DNA from: an uncultured Bacteroidales bacterium
Lineage (GTDB): Bacteria > Bacteroidota > Bacteroidia > Bacteroidales > ML635J-15
NCBI GenBank assembly: GCA_964511665.1
Contig: CAZEHA010000008.1
Coordinates: 15,629-79,628 of the forward strand
Direction: 5' to 3'
DNA: 64,000 nucleotides
The notes beneath the pieces were generated by a model. It made no database searches. It saw nothing but the letters and a program-made list of their open reading frames with translations, and was not told the origin of the DNA. The translations under genes and the position numbers were made by a program. Below are positions 43,228-53,181 of this stretch, piece after piece (the first letter of the stretch is position 1; each line of letters begins with the position of its first letter).

Positions 43228-44199
43228 ATGGATAATTATGTTGTTGATTTGCTGTTTGAACACGACTGTGTAATATTGCCGGGTTTTGGAGGCTTTGTGC
43301 TGAACTATCGCGAGGCTATAGTCGATTTTCGGAATCAGAAACTTTCACCTCCTTCCCGCGTTGTGGCTTTTAATCAGAACCTGAATACCAACGACGGACT
43401 ATTGGCGAACTATGTAGCACGTACCGAGAACATCGGCTATGCTGAAGCTAGCGAAAAAATAAACAAATATATTAGCCATATTCGTCAACAACTCGATATT
43501 GCAAACAATGTATCTGTTCAAGGTATTGGTTATTTTACTATAAGTAATGCTGTGCTTGAGTTTCATCCCGATTTACAACAGAATTTCCTGCGCGATGCGT
43601 ATGGTTTGGCTGAATTTCATTTCCCATTACTGAAATCGGTGAAACCACAGGAAGTTATTGAACAATCGGCAAAAGAGGTGGGTGCAGTTGCATATAGTGT
43701 AAAGCATCGTAAACCGGGTTGGGCTGTTGCCATAACTACCACCGCGGCGGCTATTGTATTGTTGGTTTTGTTCATATCCAACAATAATTTCATGAAAGGT
43801 ATTCAGCACCATAGTGAAATGAATCCGGTGCACATTCCTCAAAAAATAACCTTACCAACAGTTGTTCCCAATAATGCCGGCAACGAAACTACCCCCGATA
43901 ATACCGAAATTGTACCGGAACAACCCAACCAAGAAACTGTTGAAACATCCGATGACGCAGTTGTCGCAATTCATGGTAGTGTTCATGTAATTGCAGGTAG
44001 TTTTTCGAATCGTGAAAATGCTGATGCATTGGTGCAGAGACTTCGTGATATGGGTTTCGAAGCAGTTATATTGCCAAGCAACGATGCATGGCACCGTGTG
44101 AGTGTGCAATCGTTTGCACGAAAAGAAGATGCCTACGCTGCGTTAACAGCGTTAAGAGAAAGAACCGACAATGCCGCATTATGGGTTATGGCCGATTGA
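43228..44199 (+). CDS. SPOR domain protein with an N-terminal HU/CCDC81-like domain
   Basis: 323 aa. N-terminus L...DCVILPGFGGFV.NY..A (HU-CCDC81 bacterial type), central TM segment (WAVAITTTAAAIVLLVLFI), and a C-terminal SPOR-like region (VIAGSF.N.ENA..L...L...GF.A........W.RV...SF....A......L). Confidence 0.8.
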   Translation: MDNYVVDLLFEHDCVILPGFGGFVLNYREAIVDFRNQKLSPPSRVVAFNQNLNTNDGLLANYVARTENIGYAEASEKINKYISHIRQQLDIANNVSVQGIGYFTISNAVLEFHPDLQQNFLRDAYGLAEFHFPLLKSVKPQEVIEQSAKEVGAVAYSVKHRKPGWAVAITTTAAAIVLLVLFISNNNFMKGIQHHSEMNPVHIPQKITLPTVVPNNAGNETTPDNTEIVPEQPNQETVETSDDAVVAIHGSVHVIAGSFSNRENADALVQRLRDMGFEAVILPSNDAWHRVSVQSFARKEDAYAALTALRERTDNAALWVMAD

Positions 44200-44243
44200 T
44201 GCCTTTTGCTTTAACGATTATTAATAACTAAATATATAAGCAA

Positions 44244-45659
44244 ATGAAAAACATTAAATTGTTTTTGACTTGTTGTGTGTTGCTTGCAGTGTTTTCTGTG
44301 GTTCATTCACAGAATTGTTACGTCGATGCCCAGTATACTATGCAGGGGAATATCATAGCACTTAATGCACAACTCTACAGCATCGAAACCGGCAACAACG
44401 ACACTATTATAGTACCCGTTTCTGCCGATTACACCTGGATAATCGAAAACTCGGTAATGCAAGGGCAAAGCCTGAGTTACACATTTCAGAACTATGGTTC
44501 TTATGTTGTTACAGTAACTGCAACCGGTGCAAATTCGTGTTCTGCTACTTCCAGTTTGCTTATCGAAATACAAGCTAACACCGGTGACAGCACGCAGCTA
44601 TTCTCGGTGTATATTCTCGGCGATTATTATACTTCGTCCGATTGCACTGCCGGACTCAATGTTATTGCTATGGGCGGCACTCCTCCATTTAGCTATGTAT
44701 GGAATACAGGTGAAACGGGTAGTTCCGTTAGCGGGTTGTGTGCCGGAGTGTATTGTGTTACTGCTACCGACGATGAGGGCCATGAGGCTGAAGCTTGTTT
44801 TCAGGTAGAATTGGGCAATGGCAACAATCCCGGCGATACCATATACTACAACAATTTATATGTAAGTCTAAATTATTATTTTGTTTCACCCGACGACTGT
44901 TCGGCAGTGGTTTCTGCTGATGTATGGGGAGGAACCCCTCCGTATTGTTATGCATGGAATAATGGACAAAACAATATAAGCATACAAAATGTTTGCGAAG
45001 GCCAAACCCTGTGTTTAACGGTAGTAGATGTAGAGGGTAATGCTGCAAGTTCGTGTGTATATGTAACTTCGGCCAATACCATTCCCTCCGATAGCATTAT
45101 AAACGAAGCCAATCCATGGGAAACTACTATCACTTGGCCGGTCGATTCAATGTTCAATACAGCTCAGGTAGTCGATTACTGGGTAACCAACACCGAAGTT
45201 TGTGTTGTATGGGCTTTGGTTTACCAAAACAGTAACTATACCGAAACCATTACTGTTTGTTATCCGATGGATGCAGCCAACATTGCCGATGGATGGTATT
45301 CGGTATTTCTGCATGTGTTGTTTCTTAACGGACAAAAAGCGTATATTAGTTTTGGCGATGTGATGTATATTAACGCATCTTCGTTTCTTGGGTCTTTGTT
45401 TTTCTCAAATTCGATACAAATTAATACCTATCCCAATCCGGTTGCCGATGTGGTGAATTTGGTTTCTGATAAACTGTTGGGTGATGTTACACTAATAGTA
45501 TATGATGCAAGCGGAAGAGTTGTTGATAAAGTTCAGTTCCGCCAGGTATCGGGCGCTGTTTCGGTGAATACATCGGGCTGGAACGATGGAATGTATTGCC
45601 TGCATTTGTCCTTCTCAGGCCAAAAGAGTATCATTCGACTTATAAAGCAATCTCAATAA
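44244..45659 (+). CDS. T9SS-secreted protein with SprB-type repeats
   Basis: 471 aa with a signal peptide. Two repeats GGTPP(F/Y).Y.WN.G......I...C.G.Y....TD..G......V. C-terminal Por/T9SS sorting domain (I.TYPNPV.D.V.L...........YD..GR.V........). Confidence 0.8.
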   Translation: MKNIKLFLTCCVLLAVFSVVHSQNCYVDAQYTMQGNIIALNAQLYSIETGNNDTIIVPVSADYTWIIENSVMQGQSLSYTFQNYGSYVVTVTATGANSCSATSSLLIEIQANTGDSTQLFSVYILGDYYTSSDCTAGLNVIAMGGTPPFSYVWNTGETGSSVSGLCAGVYCVTATDDEGHEAEACFQVELGNGNNPGDTIYYNNLYVSLNYYFVSPDDCSAVVSADVWGGTPPYCYAWNNGQNNISIQNVCEGQTLCLTVVDVEGNAASSCVYVTSANTIPSDSIINEANPWETTITWPVDSMFNTAQVVDYWVTNTEVCVVWALVYQNSNYTETITVCYPMDAANIADGWYSVFLHVLFLNGQKAYISFGDVMYINASSFLGSLFFSNSIQINTYPNPVADVVNLVSDKLLGDVTLIVYDASGRVVDKVQFRQVSGAVSVNTSGWNDGMYCLHLSFSGQKSIIRLIKQSQ

Positions 45660-45665
45660 TAATAA

Positions 45666-45699
45666 TAAAAGCCCGTCAAACATACATGGCGGGCTTTTT
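45666..45699. terminator. bidirectional terminator between convergent genes
   Basis: AAAAGCCCGTCA-(8 nt)-TGGCGGGCTTTTTT: 8 bp stem (one G-U pair) with flanking A and T runs. Confidence 0.75.
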
Positions 45700-45719
45700 T
45701 AATAAAGTACTTAGTGCAG

Positions 45720-46424
45720 TTATTTTTTCAGAATGGCTTTGAGTACTTTTTCTTTGTCGAGTTTTTTTGTGCAGAAGAACCAGTCTTTGCAATCGAGATC
45801 TTTGTCTTCCATGCGATCTTTGGCCATCCCGCAAGAACCTGCAGGCGAAATAATCACATCGTCGCCCGGGCGCCAGTCGGCGGGAGTCGCTACACCAAAT
45901 TCATCGGCAGCCTGCAAGGCAATTACAATTCTATACAATTCATCGAAATTTCGGCCAAGGCTTAGCGGGTAATACAGCACAGTGCGAACAATCCCTTTCG
46001 GATCGATAACAAACACGGCTCTTACTGCTTTGGTGTTGCTTTCACCCGGCATCATCATTCCGTACTTTGTAGCAACTTCCATAGTGATGTCTTCGATAAG
46101 AGGAAAAGTTACCTCAACGTTCTTCATACCTTTGTATTCAATTTTTTCTTTAATGGTACGCAACCATGCAATGTGGCTGTACAGGCCATCTACCGATAAA
46201 CCAACCAGTTTGCAATTGGCTTCGTTGAATTGTTTTTCCATGGTGGCAAAAGTCATGAACTCAGAGGTACATACGGGTGTGAAATCAGCAGGATGGCTAA
46301 AAAGAATTACCCAACTTCCCTTGTAATCAGACGGAAAGTTAATTTCTCCTTGCGTGGTTACTGCTTTAAACTCAGGGGCCGGTTCCCCGATACGCGGCAT
46401 AGCATTTACTTTAGTTTCTTCCAT
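45720..46424 (-). CDS. peroxiredoxin (Prx6/1-Cys-like AhpC/TSA family)
   Basis: 234 aa, G..AP.F.A.TT.G.I.F....G.W..LFSHPADFTPVCTSEF..F. Confidence 0.93.
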   Translation of the reverse strand: MEETKVNAMPRIGEPAPEFKAVTTQGEINFPSDYKGSWVILFSHPADFTPVCTSEFMTFATMEKQFNEANCKLVGLSVDGLYSHIAWLRTIKEKIEYKGMKNVEVTFPLIEDITMEVATKYGMMMPGESNTKAVRAVFVIDPKGIVRTVLYYPLSLGRNFDELYRIVIALQAADEFGVATPADWRPGDDVIISPAGSCGMAKDRMEDKDLDCKDWFFCTKKLDKEKVLKAILKK

Positions 46425-46541
46425 TTTTGTTCTTTTTTAAATTAATAAGTAATGTTTATGTAGTTTTTCAACTTTGTTCTTTATCGACACACTTATATAA
46501 TGATTGAAAATGAAAATTGTTCACCGAAAACAACAAAAAAA

Positions 46542-47393
46542 TCAGAATTGAATAATACTTGTTTCGTGCCAGGATTTGTTTTGGTAGTAGTACAGGTTTT
46601 TTACGCCTATATATTTTAGCTGTGTTAATGTTTCTCCAAAATAAGCGCTTACACCATCAGGGTCGTGTGTGTCGGCCGATAGTGTCAGTTTCCCTCCGGC
46701 TTCGGCAATGCGGCGAATCATTCTGTAAGAAGGGTAGGGTTCGTTGAAGTGTTTTTTATATAGCGGTCGGGTATTTATTTCAATAATTTTTTCTGATTCA
46801 GCAATGGCAATAGCTGCTTTCTCTTCGGCCAATGCATACCAATCGGTTGCTGTTAAGTTTGGTATGATTTGCGATAAAAACAATTTAATTTTATCGCAAT
46901 GGCCAAGTATGTCGAACTGATGGTTTTGAGCCAATTCGATTATGGTATCGAAGTAGCATTCTACCAAAGCACGGGCATCGCCCTTAAAAAGTTGGTGATA
47001 TCCTTTGCTGAATTTTTCGAAACCACCGTCAATCTCCATGATTTTATTGCTGCCCCTCATTTTGAGAAAGTGTACCGATCCGATAATGAAATCGGGGTAG
47101 AGGTGAGAGAATTTTTCAGGGTAAACGATATCAGGGATATAATCGACCTCAAACCCTGTTGCTATTTCGATTGTTGAGGTGTATTTTTCTGCCAGTCTTC
47201 TAATTTCAGTAAGGTATGCATCAACATAATCTGCTTTCATACACCAGTTGAAGTTTCCAAATTCAAGAGGTGCATGATCAGAAAAACCGTAAGCTTTCAG
47301 ACCAGCTTCTGCAGCCTTTATAATATATTTTTCGGGGGCATGAGTGCCGTCGCTAAAGTGGGTATGTGTATGAAGATTCGATGGAAACATCAA
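46542..47393 (-). CDS. PHP-family phosphoesterase (HisJ-type histidinol-phosphatase-like)
   Basis: 283 aa, N.HTHT.FSDG......Y...A...G....GFSDH.P...., ..GS.H..., HCD....., .SAD.H, which are the PHP metal-binding motifs. Confidence 0.8.
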   Translation of the reverse strand: MMFPSNLHTHTHFSDGTHAPEKYIIKAAEAGLKAYGFSDHAPLEFGNFNWCMKADYVDAYLTEIRRLAEKYTSTIEIATGFEVDYIPDIVYPEKFSHLYPDFIIGSVHFLKMRGSNKIMEIDGGFEKFSKGYHQLFKGDARALVECYFDTIIELAQNHQFDILGHCDKIKLFLSQIIPNLTATDWYALAEEKAAIAIAESEKIIEINTRPLYKKHFNEPYPSYRMIRRIAEAGGKLTLSADTHDPDGVSAYFGETLTQLKYIGVKNLYYYQNKSWHETSIIQF

Positions 47394-47404
47394 GTATTTT
47401 GCCT

Positions 47405-50400
47405 CTACAGTTTAATAAATTTACGATATACAGGCATACCTTCGGTTCTAATTTCTACGAAATATATTCCAGCCGGAAGCATGTCTACCGAAATAGCCTC
47501 GTTTTCCACTGCATAGCCTGTGAGCATTGTTTTTCCATTAATATCAGTAATGCGTATCGGTATGCCAATACCGGTTTCAAGGCCGCTTATAAACAATTCG
47601 TCACGTGTTGGAACGGGATGAATTCGAAGCGACTGCAAGGCATGATTGTCGATGTTGGTCGAACAGGTAATAACCGATATCAGCATTTCAGCTGATGAGC
47701 TTTCGCAGGTTTGAGTCTCAATTTCCCAGTCGTAAAAATAATAGTAGTATCCTGTTGGATTTTGATTGGCACTGCTGCGATGAATGCTGCAAATTCCATT
47801 TATTATGTATGGATAGCTCAAATATTGCGCTTCGTTGGTTCTGAAAAGGTTTGGTGCATTGAGCCCAACCAACTGCATGTTGTTGCCCACAGGTACATTG
47901 AATCCGAGATTAATACGACTTATTCCGTTGGGGCAGTATACCGACTTAACATCGATATTGTTTGAAGAAGCATCGCGCAAGGCTATTTGCCGTGTTCCGG
48001 CACCCGAGGCATTTACTTCAACCGAAACAAGGGTAAATGGCTGAATGGCATCGAACACCAGATAATGTATGTATGAAACATTCCCAAATGGGCCACCTCC
48101 AATGTTACTTTGAGTTTCGCCAACATACAGCGTTTCTCCCGGGTTGAAACCTCTAAGCCAATATTGTGTGTCGGCTTGTAGCGGATCATGCGACCAGGTG
48201 TTGCCGGTGTGAACAAGATTGATGCAGGTTTGATCGGTATACCAGTTAAGGTTGGTTTGGTTTCCTGCCGAAAGGGTAAACAGCGAATCGCGGCATACAG
48301 TAGTGTTTTCGATATCGGGTGCATTGTCGAGAACAACGGTAATGTAATTGTTCTTTTGTTTTACTGCATCGCCATACTCATTTATGGCCGTAAGGCTTAC
48401 ATCGAACACCCCGCTTTGATTGTAAAGGTGCAATGGGTTTTCTTCGGTTGAGCTACTTCCATCGCCAAAGTCCCATAAGTATTCTTCGGCACCATTCAGC
48501 GATAGGTTTTCGAATTGCACCCTGCCATTGCACGAATACCTGTTGTCGGCGGTGAAGTCGGCATATGGACTGCCATTATTTTGTAAACAAGACCATTGAA
48601 TTTCGAAACCCTGCATAGCCAGAGCTACATCGGAACTAAAAACTATAGTTATAGAACCACCGCTCGAAATAATACTGCCCGGGTTACCGGTGGTATTACA
48701 GTAAAAGCTGCCGTTTATAAGAGGAGCCGAGGTGTTGGCCCCATCGTAAAACGCAATGTAATCGTAGTCGCAACTGTTGCCCGATCCTGGCTCAATGTCG
48801 AATTGTACAATGTCGAGCATAATTTGGCTGGCACCTGCCGGACTAATAGTAAAACTGGAATAGGTGTTGTCCTGGTACGGATTTGCTGGCCCTCCCGAAT
48901 CGAAAAGTGTTCCTTCGCAATGTGTACTGATTTGGTTTCCCGATGTAGGCATCATCGAGAAGCAGGGTAGGTCGGGGTCTATTACTACATAGGCGGTTTT
49001 GGTTTCGGTATCGGTACCGCAGGTTCCGCCATCGGCAAACAGCGAAACTGTAAATTCTCCCTGGCCGGTAAAGGTATGCTGGGGGTTTACGGCTGTACTG
49101 CTGCCACCATCACCAAAATCCCAAATAAAACTACTCCCATTGATACTGTAATTGTAAAATTTCACTGTGAATGGAGCATCGCAGTTTTCGTTATAATCCG
49201 ACACAAAGTCAGCAACCACTTCGGGAACATACTGCCCTCCAACGCCAATGGCATAGAATGCTCTGGTTACTTGTTCCACTTCGGGAGAACAGGCTCCGAA
49301 AAAATCGATAGTCGCTTGTATTCCGTAGAAACGGGCATCCATATAATTGGAAGTATTGGTCAAATAAACTGTTAGCATTCTGAATGCTATGTCGGCTGCA
49401 GCATCAATGCCAATGGGCGAAACAGAATAGTCGTTTCCTAAATCATTTTCACCACTTCCTCCTTCCGAGATTAGATAGAACCAGTAACATAGAGGTCCAC
49501 AGTTGGTATGTACACCTCCATTGTCGCTTGATGAAAAGTTCCAGTTTACACCCTGATAGGTGTCGGGTAGGTTCCTCGATTTGGGGTTCGACATCGACCT
49601 GAATGCGTATCCGATATCCTCTCCAATGGTCCAGTCGGCGTAGGCCGGAACAGCGTAAAACTCAACCGTTGTTCCAAAAATATCGCTGAAAGCTTCGTTC
49701 AACGCTCCCGATTCGTCCTGATAATTAAGCGATGCCGTATAAGATGTTAGTCCATGAGTAATTTCATGGGCGCAAATATCAACCGTGGTAAGCGGCGAGC
49801 GGGTTGCATCGCCATCGCCATATGTCATGCATTGGCCATTCCAAAATGCGTTTACATTGTTCGAATAACCTTGCTCCACCAGATTGAAGTGTATGTAGCT
49901 GTTCAGTTGAAAGCCATTGTTGTCGATACTGTTTCTGCCGTGAATCAGGTAATAGTAATCGTAGGTTTTTTCGGTGGCAAAATGTGCATCGGTGGCATAC
50001 TGATCGAGTTGTTCGTTCACATTGTTCCAATAGTTGTCGGCATCGGTAAAGTCGACAGCTGTATTGTAATTGTTTGTCATCTGGCAGTTGTAGGTATTTA
50101 TGCCATTGCCTCTGCCTGTTTCTCTCAGTCGGTACTGTGCGCCTGTGTTGTCTGTCGTAATAGTTTGTGTGCCGCTATAGGCTGTTACGGCTGTTCCCGG
50201 AACATCGGTAGCATGAAGTCGGGTTTCGGTGTGAAGTATTTTTCCATTGCTGGCATCAACATACACCCAATGTCTGCTATATGGTTTCCATGCATATACA
50301 TCAATCTTATAGGCTGGCGTAATTTCATTGGTTTTAAACGATGCTCCTGCAGGAAAATAGACCATCTCAGCAGTGGGGTAACGATAATCGGCTAAGCCCG

Positions 50401-50896
50401 GAATTTGCCGAGCAGGCTCCAAATCGAAGATATATTCTTCGGCTCCAGTATAATCTATAGCTTTGGATACGGCATCTTCGGGCGAAATTGTAAAAGAACC
50501 GCTAATTTTAGCATCCGACAACAGTACTCCGTTCATCGACACTACATTGCCATTGCTAAGGTGCATTAAATATTGAGTGTATTCAATTGGAATATCGTTT
50601 AAAATTTGCCTCATCCTATAATGTTGCATACCCAATTTGTCAGAAAAACTGTCGTAAATTGTTAATGCTAAGCCTTCGGTCTTAAACATCGACTGTAAAA
50701 AAACCTGGGCTTTTGTCTCGGGCATTACATGGTTTTGCTCAAAGCGAATAAACTCAGGAATTTCTGTTATACCCGTATAGCGCAACATCGATGTGCCGGC
50801 TATTTTATTTGAAGCATCTGAGCCTTTATATTCTTGCGAAAACAGCGAACTGCCAGCAAATAATACCAATACAAAAAACAAATTTATTCTTTTCAT
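47405..50896 (-). CDS. secreted M4 (thermolysin-family) zinc metalloprotease with PKD and CUB-like modules and a T9SS C-terminal sorting domain
   Basis: HEITHG plus GALNEAFSD (M4 zinc site). Two PKD repeats (F.WDFGDG.SS....P.H.Y...G.F.V.L). CDYDY.AFYDG is CUB-like. C-terminus L.I.P.P.......I.......I.I.D..GK...........I....L.AG.YFV.I. Start preferred at MKRINLFF (50896); the track start is 50941. Confidence 0.9.
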   Translation of the reverse strand: MKRINLFFVLVLFAGSSLFSQEYKGSDASNKIAGTSMLRYTGITEIPEFIRFEQNHVMPETKAQVFLQSMFKTEGLALTIYDSFSDKLGMQHYRMRQILNDIPIEYTQYLMHLSNGNVVSMNGVLLSDAKISGSFTISPEDAVSKAIDYTGAEEYIFDLEPARQIPGLADYRYPTAEMVYFPAGASFKTNEITPAYKIDVYAWKPYSRHWVYVDASNGKILHTETRLHATDVPGTAVTAYSGTQTITTDNTGAQYRLRETGRGNGINTYNCQMTNNYNTAVDFTDADNYWNNVNEQLDQYATDAHFATEKTYDYYYLIHGRNSIDNNGFQLNSYIHFNLVEQGYSNNVNAFWNGQCMTYGDGDATRSPLTTVDICAHEITHGLTSYTASLNYQDESGALNEAFSDIFGTTVEFYAVPAYADWTIGEDIGYAFRSMSNPKSRNLPDTYQGVNWNFSSSDNGGVHTNCGPLCYWFYLISEGGSGENDLGNDYSVSPIGIDAAADIAFRMLTVYLTNTSNYMDARFYGIQATIDFFGACSPEVEQVTRAFYAIGVGGQYVPEVVADFVSDYNENCDAPFTVKFYNYSINGSSFIWDFGDGGSSTAVNPQHTFTGQGEFTVSLFADGGTCGTDTETKTAYVVIDPDLPCFSMMPTSGNQISTHCEGTLFDSGGPANPYQDNTYSSFTISPAGASQIMLDIVQFDIEPGSGNSCDYDYIAFYDGANTSAPLINGSFYCNTTGNPGSIISSGGSITIVFSSDVALAMQGFEIQWSCLQNNGSPYADFTADNRYSCNGRVQFENLSLNGAEEYLWDFGDGSSSTEENPLHLYNQSGVFDVSLTAINEYGDAVKQKNNYITVVLDNAPDIENTTVCRDSLFTLSAGNQTNLNWYTDQTCINLVHTGNTWSHDPLQADTQYWLRGFNPGETLYVGETQSNIGGGPFGNVSYIHYLVFDAIQPFTLVSVEVNASGAGTRQIALRDASSNNIDVKSVYCPNGISRINLGFNVPVGNNMQLVGLNAPNLFRTNEAQYLSYPYIINGICSIHRSSANQNPTGYYYYFYDWEIETQTCESSSAEMLISVITCSTNIDNHALQSLRIHPVPTRDELFISGLETGIGIPIRITDINGKTMLTGYAVENEAISVDMLPAGIYFVEIRTEGMPVYRKFIKL

Positions 50897-51198
50897 TATA
50901 ATGAATCTTAAAAAATAGCAAGATATGATTTTTTTAAACACCCAATGTTTATCACACCAGAGTTTTTATAGTAAATGTAAGTGAATACTACAAACATACT
51001 ATAACGAATTGCAGGATTAGGACTGCACGCTGCCCCAAACAATATATGGCCGTTTTCTCTTCATGTTTATCGGCAGATTATGCAATTTCTTTGATAATTT
51101 CATTATTTTTGAGTTTTATTTTAAATTAGTCTACATTGTTGGTATTCGAATAATACTCAGATAGAAATAGTTCTAAATAAAAACTTAATTTTTTTCAC

Positions 51199-51663
51199 GT
51201 GAATAAAGAACTTATAAACACAGTACGGCAAATCCTTTCCGATTACCTCGAGAAAAACGGGTTACGCAAAACCCCCGAGCGCTTTGCCATACTCGAAGAA
51301 ATTTACAACTACGATGGTCATTTCGAAATAGAGAAGTTGTACATTACAATGCGTAACAAAAACATAAGTATCAGCAGGGCTACCTTATACAATACGATTG
51401 AAGTGCTGTTGGCTGCCAAGATAATAAAGAAGCATCAGTTTGGCGGTAATGTAAAGCATTACGAGAAGGCATTGGTTAATACTCAGCACGATCATATTAT
51501 TTGTGTAATATGCGGTAAGGTTCAGGAGTTTAGCGATGCTAGAGTTTCCGACATTCGCTTGTCGATAGCAGAAAGTTTTCAGTTCAAGGTATCGCATCAC
51601 TCCATGTATATTTACGGAACCTGTTCCGAATGCATTGGTAAAATGAAACCAAAAACCGATTGA
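51199..51663 (+). CDS. fur: Fur-family transcriptional regulator
   Basis: 154 aa with a GTG start. ...GLR.T..R..IL........H...E.LY.........IS.AT.YN....L.......; HDH..C..CG and C..C metal-site motifs. Confidence 0.9.
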   Translation: MNKELINTVRQILSDYLEKNGLRKTPERFAILEEIYNYDGHFEIEKLYITMRNKNISISRATLYNTIEVLLAAKIIKKHQFGGNVKHYEKALVNTQHDHIICVICGKVQEFSDARVSDIRLSIAESFQFKVSHHSMYIYGTCSECIGKMKPKTD

Positions 51664-51763
51664 TTTTTCAGTTCTTATTAACAGCGTGGCAAAGCCTTAT
51701 CAATTAGTTTTATCTTTGTTTTTTATTTCAAAATTATACAAAAGCCAATAATAAACCAGTTAC

Positions 51764-53026
51764 ATGAAAGCAGATGTTTTGTTAGGATTACAATGGGGCG
51801 ACGAAGGAAAGGGGAAAATTGTGGATGTTCTTTCACGCAACTATCACGCAGTGGCTCGGTTTCAGGGTGGGCCAAATGCAGGGCATACTCTTGAGTTTAA
51901 TGGTATTAAACATGTGTTGCATACCATCCCGTCGGGTATTTTTCATTCTGATATCATCAATATTATTGGCAACGGTGTGGTTATCGACCCCCAAAGTTTG
52001 TGTCGCGAAATAGAATCTACTGCAAAGCTGGGAGCCAATGTTACAGCAAATCTATTTGTCAGCCGTAAAGCACATCTTATTTTACCCACACATCGACTGC
52101 TTGACGCAGCCAACGAAAAAATGAAAGGCAGTCAGAAAATTGGGAGCACGCTTAAGGGAATCGGACCTGCATATACCGACAAAACGGCAAGGCTCGGCCT
52201 GCGTATCGGAGATATTGAGTTGCCCGATTTTATCGAAAAATACGAAAACCTTCGAAATCATCATTTGGCTATTCTTACCCAAATGAATGCAGATCTATTG
52301 TCGGAATCAGCCGAAAAAGAATGGCTCGAGGCCATTGCTTTTCTCAAGGGCATGAAGTTTATCGACAGCGAATACTTTGTGAACGACATCCTCGATTCGG
52401 GAAAAACCGTTCTTGCCGAAGGAGCTCAGGGAACGCTACTCGATATAGATTTTGGTTCCTATCCGTTTGTCACCTCATCGAATACCTCTTGCGCCGGAGT
52501 TTGCACAGGTTTAGGTATTTCGCCGGGCAAGCTGAACAATGTGTTTGGAGTGTTTAAGGCATATTGTACGCGGGTGGGTAGCGGGCCTTTCCCCACTGAA
52601 CTGTACGATGCCGACGGAGAGTTGATGCGTGCCCGCGGACGCGAATTCGGATCTACAACCGGCAGGGCCAGACGTTGTGGTTGGCTCGACATTGTTGCGT
52701 TGAAATATGCCATTATGTTAAATGGTGTCAGCGAATTATTTATGATGAAAGCCGATGTGCTCGACGAGTTCGATACAATTAAAATATGTACTGCCTATAA
52801 AGTGGGTGGAAAAGAACTGAAGGGTTTGCCATTCGACACGCTGATGCCGGTTGAACCGGTTTACGCTGAGTTACCGGGCTGGAAAACCGATATTTCATCG
52901 ATAAAATCAGATAAAGACATCCCGCAGGCATTACGCAATTATATTGGCTTTATCGAAGAAAAAACCGGTGTAAAAATTAGCTTGCTTTCGGTTGGCCCCG
53001 ATAGGTTACAGACTATTCATCTGTAG
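51764..53026 (+). CDS. purA: adenylosuccinate synthetase
   Basis: 420 aa, V.LG.QWGDEGKGKIVD.L........RFQGG.NAGHT; GIGP.Y.DK..R; GTTGR.RRCGWLD. Confidence 0.98.
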   Translation: MKADVLLGLQWGDEGKGKIVDVLSRNYHAVARFQGGPNAGHTLEFNGIKHVLHTIPSGIFHSDIINIIGNGVVIDPQSLCREIESTAKLGANVTANLFVSRKAHLILPTHRLLDAANEKMKGSQKIGSTLKGIGPAYTDKTARLGLRIGDIELPDFIEKYENLRNHHLAILTQMNADLLSESAEKEWLEAIAFLKGMKFIDSEYFVNDILDSGKTVLAEGAQGTLLDIDFGSYPFVTSSNTSCAGVCTGLGISPGKLNNVFGVFKAYCTRVGSGPFPTELYDADGELMRARGREFGSTTGRARRCGWLDIVALKYAIMLNGVSELFMMKADVLDEFDTIKICTAYKVGGKELKGLPFDTLMPVEPVYAELPGWKTDISSIKSDKDIPQALRNYIGFIEEKTGVKISLLSVGPDRLQTIHL

Positions 53027-53181
53027 AAATTCAATATTGAACATGGCTATTGATTTATTCTTGAAATAAACATAGCAAACATGTTGTTCCATAAGCTATT
53101 AACATTGTCAGGTTAATATATTCCCCTCAAATACTCATATCGCTGACCCAATAGGTTTTATTTTTACAAAAAATATCCGCA

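Noticed and set aside
49754-50395. 213 aa ORF on the + strand inside the M4 protease gene. Many similar 60-150 aa antisense or out-of-frame ORFs appear in the track, e.g. 326-646, 5876-6292, 7087-7518, 15554-15967, 24001-24417 and 59523-59987.
   Set aside because: These ORFs lie entirely within, and antisense or out of frame to, genes with unmistakable conserved products. Their translations are low-complexity with no motifs. They are shadow ORFs.
50942-51198. The ~300 nt protease/fur spacer and the 234 nt spacer upstream of HU (56504-56737) as possible ncRNA, tRNA or riboswitch locations.
   Set aside because: Both are AT-rich with no extended conserved-looking stems, no tRNA cloverleaf features (no GTTCRANYC T-loop) and no recognisable riboswitch cores. 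They are best explained as promoter regions.
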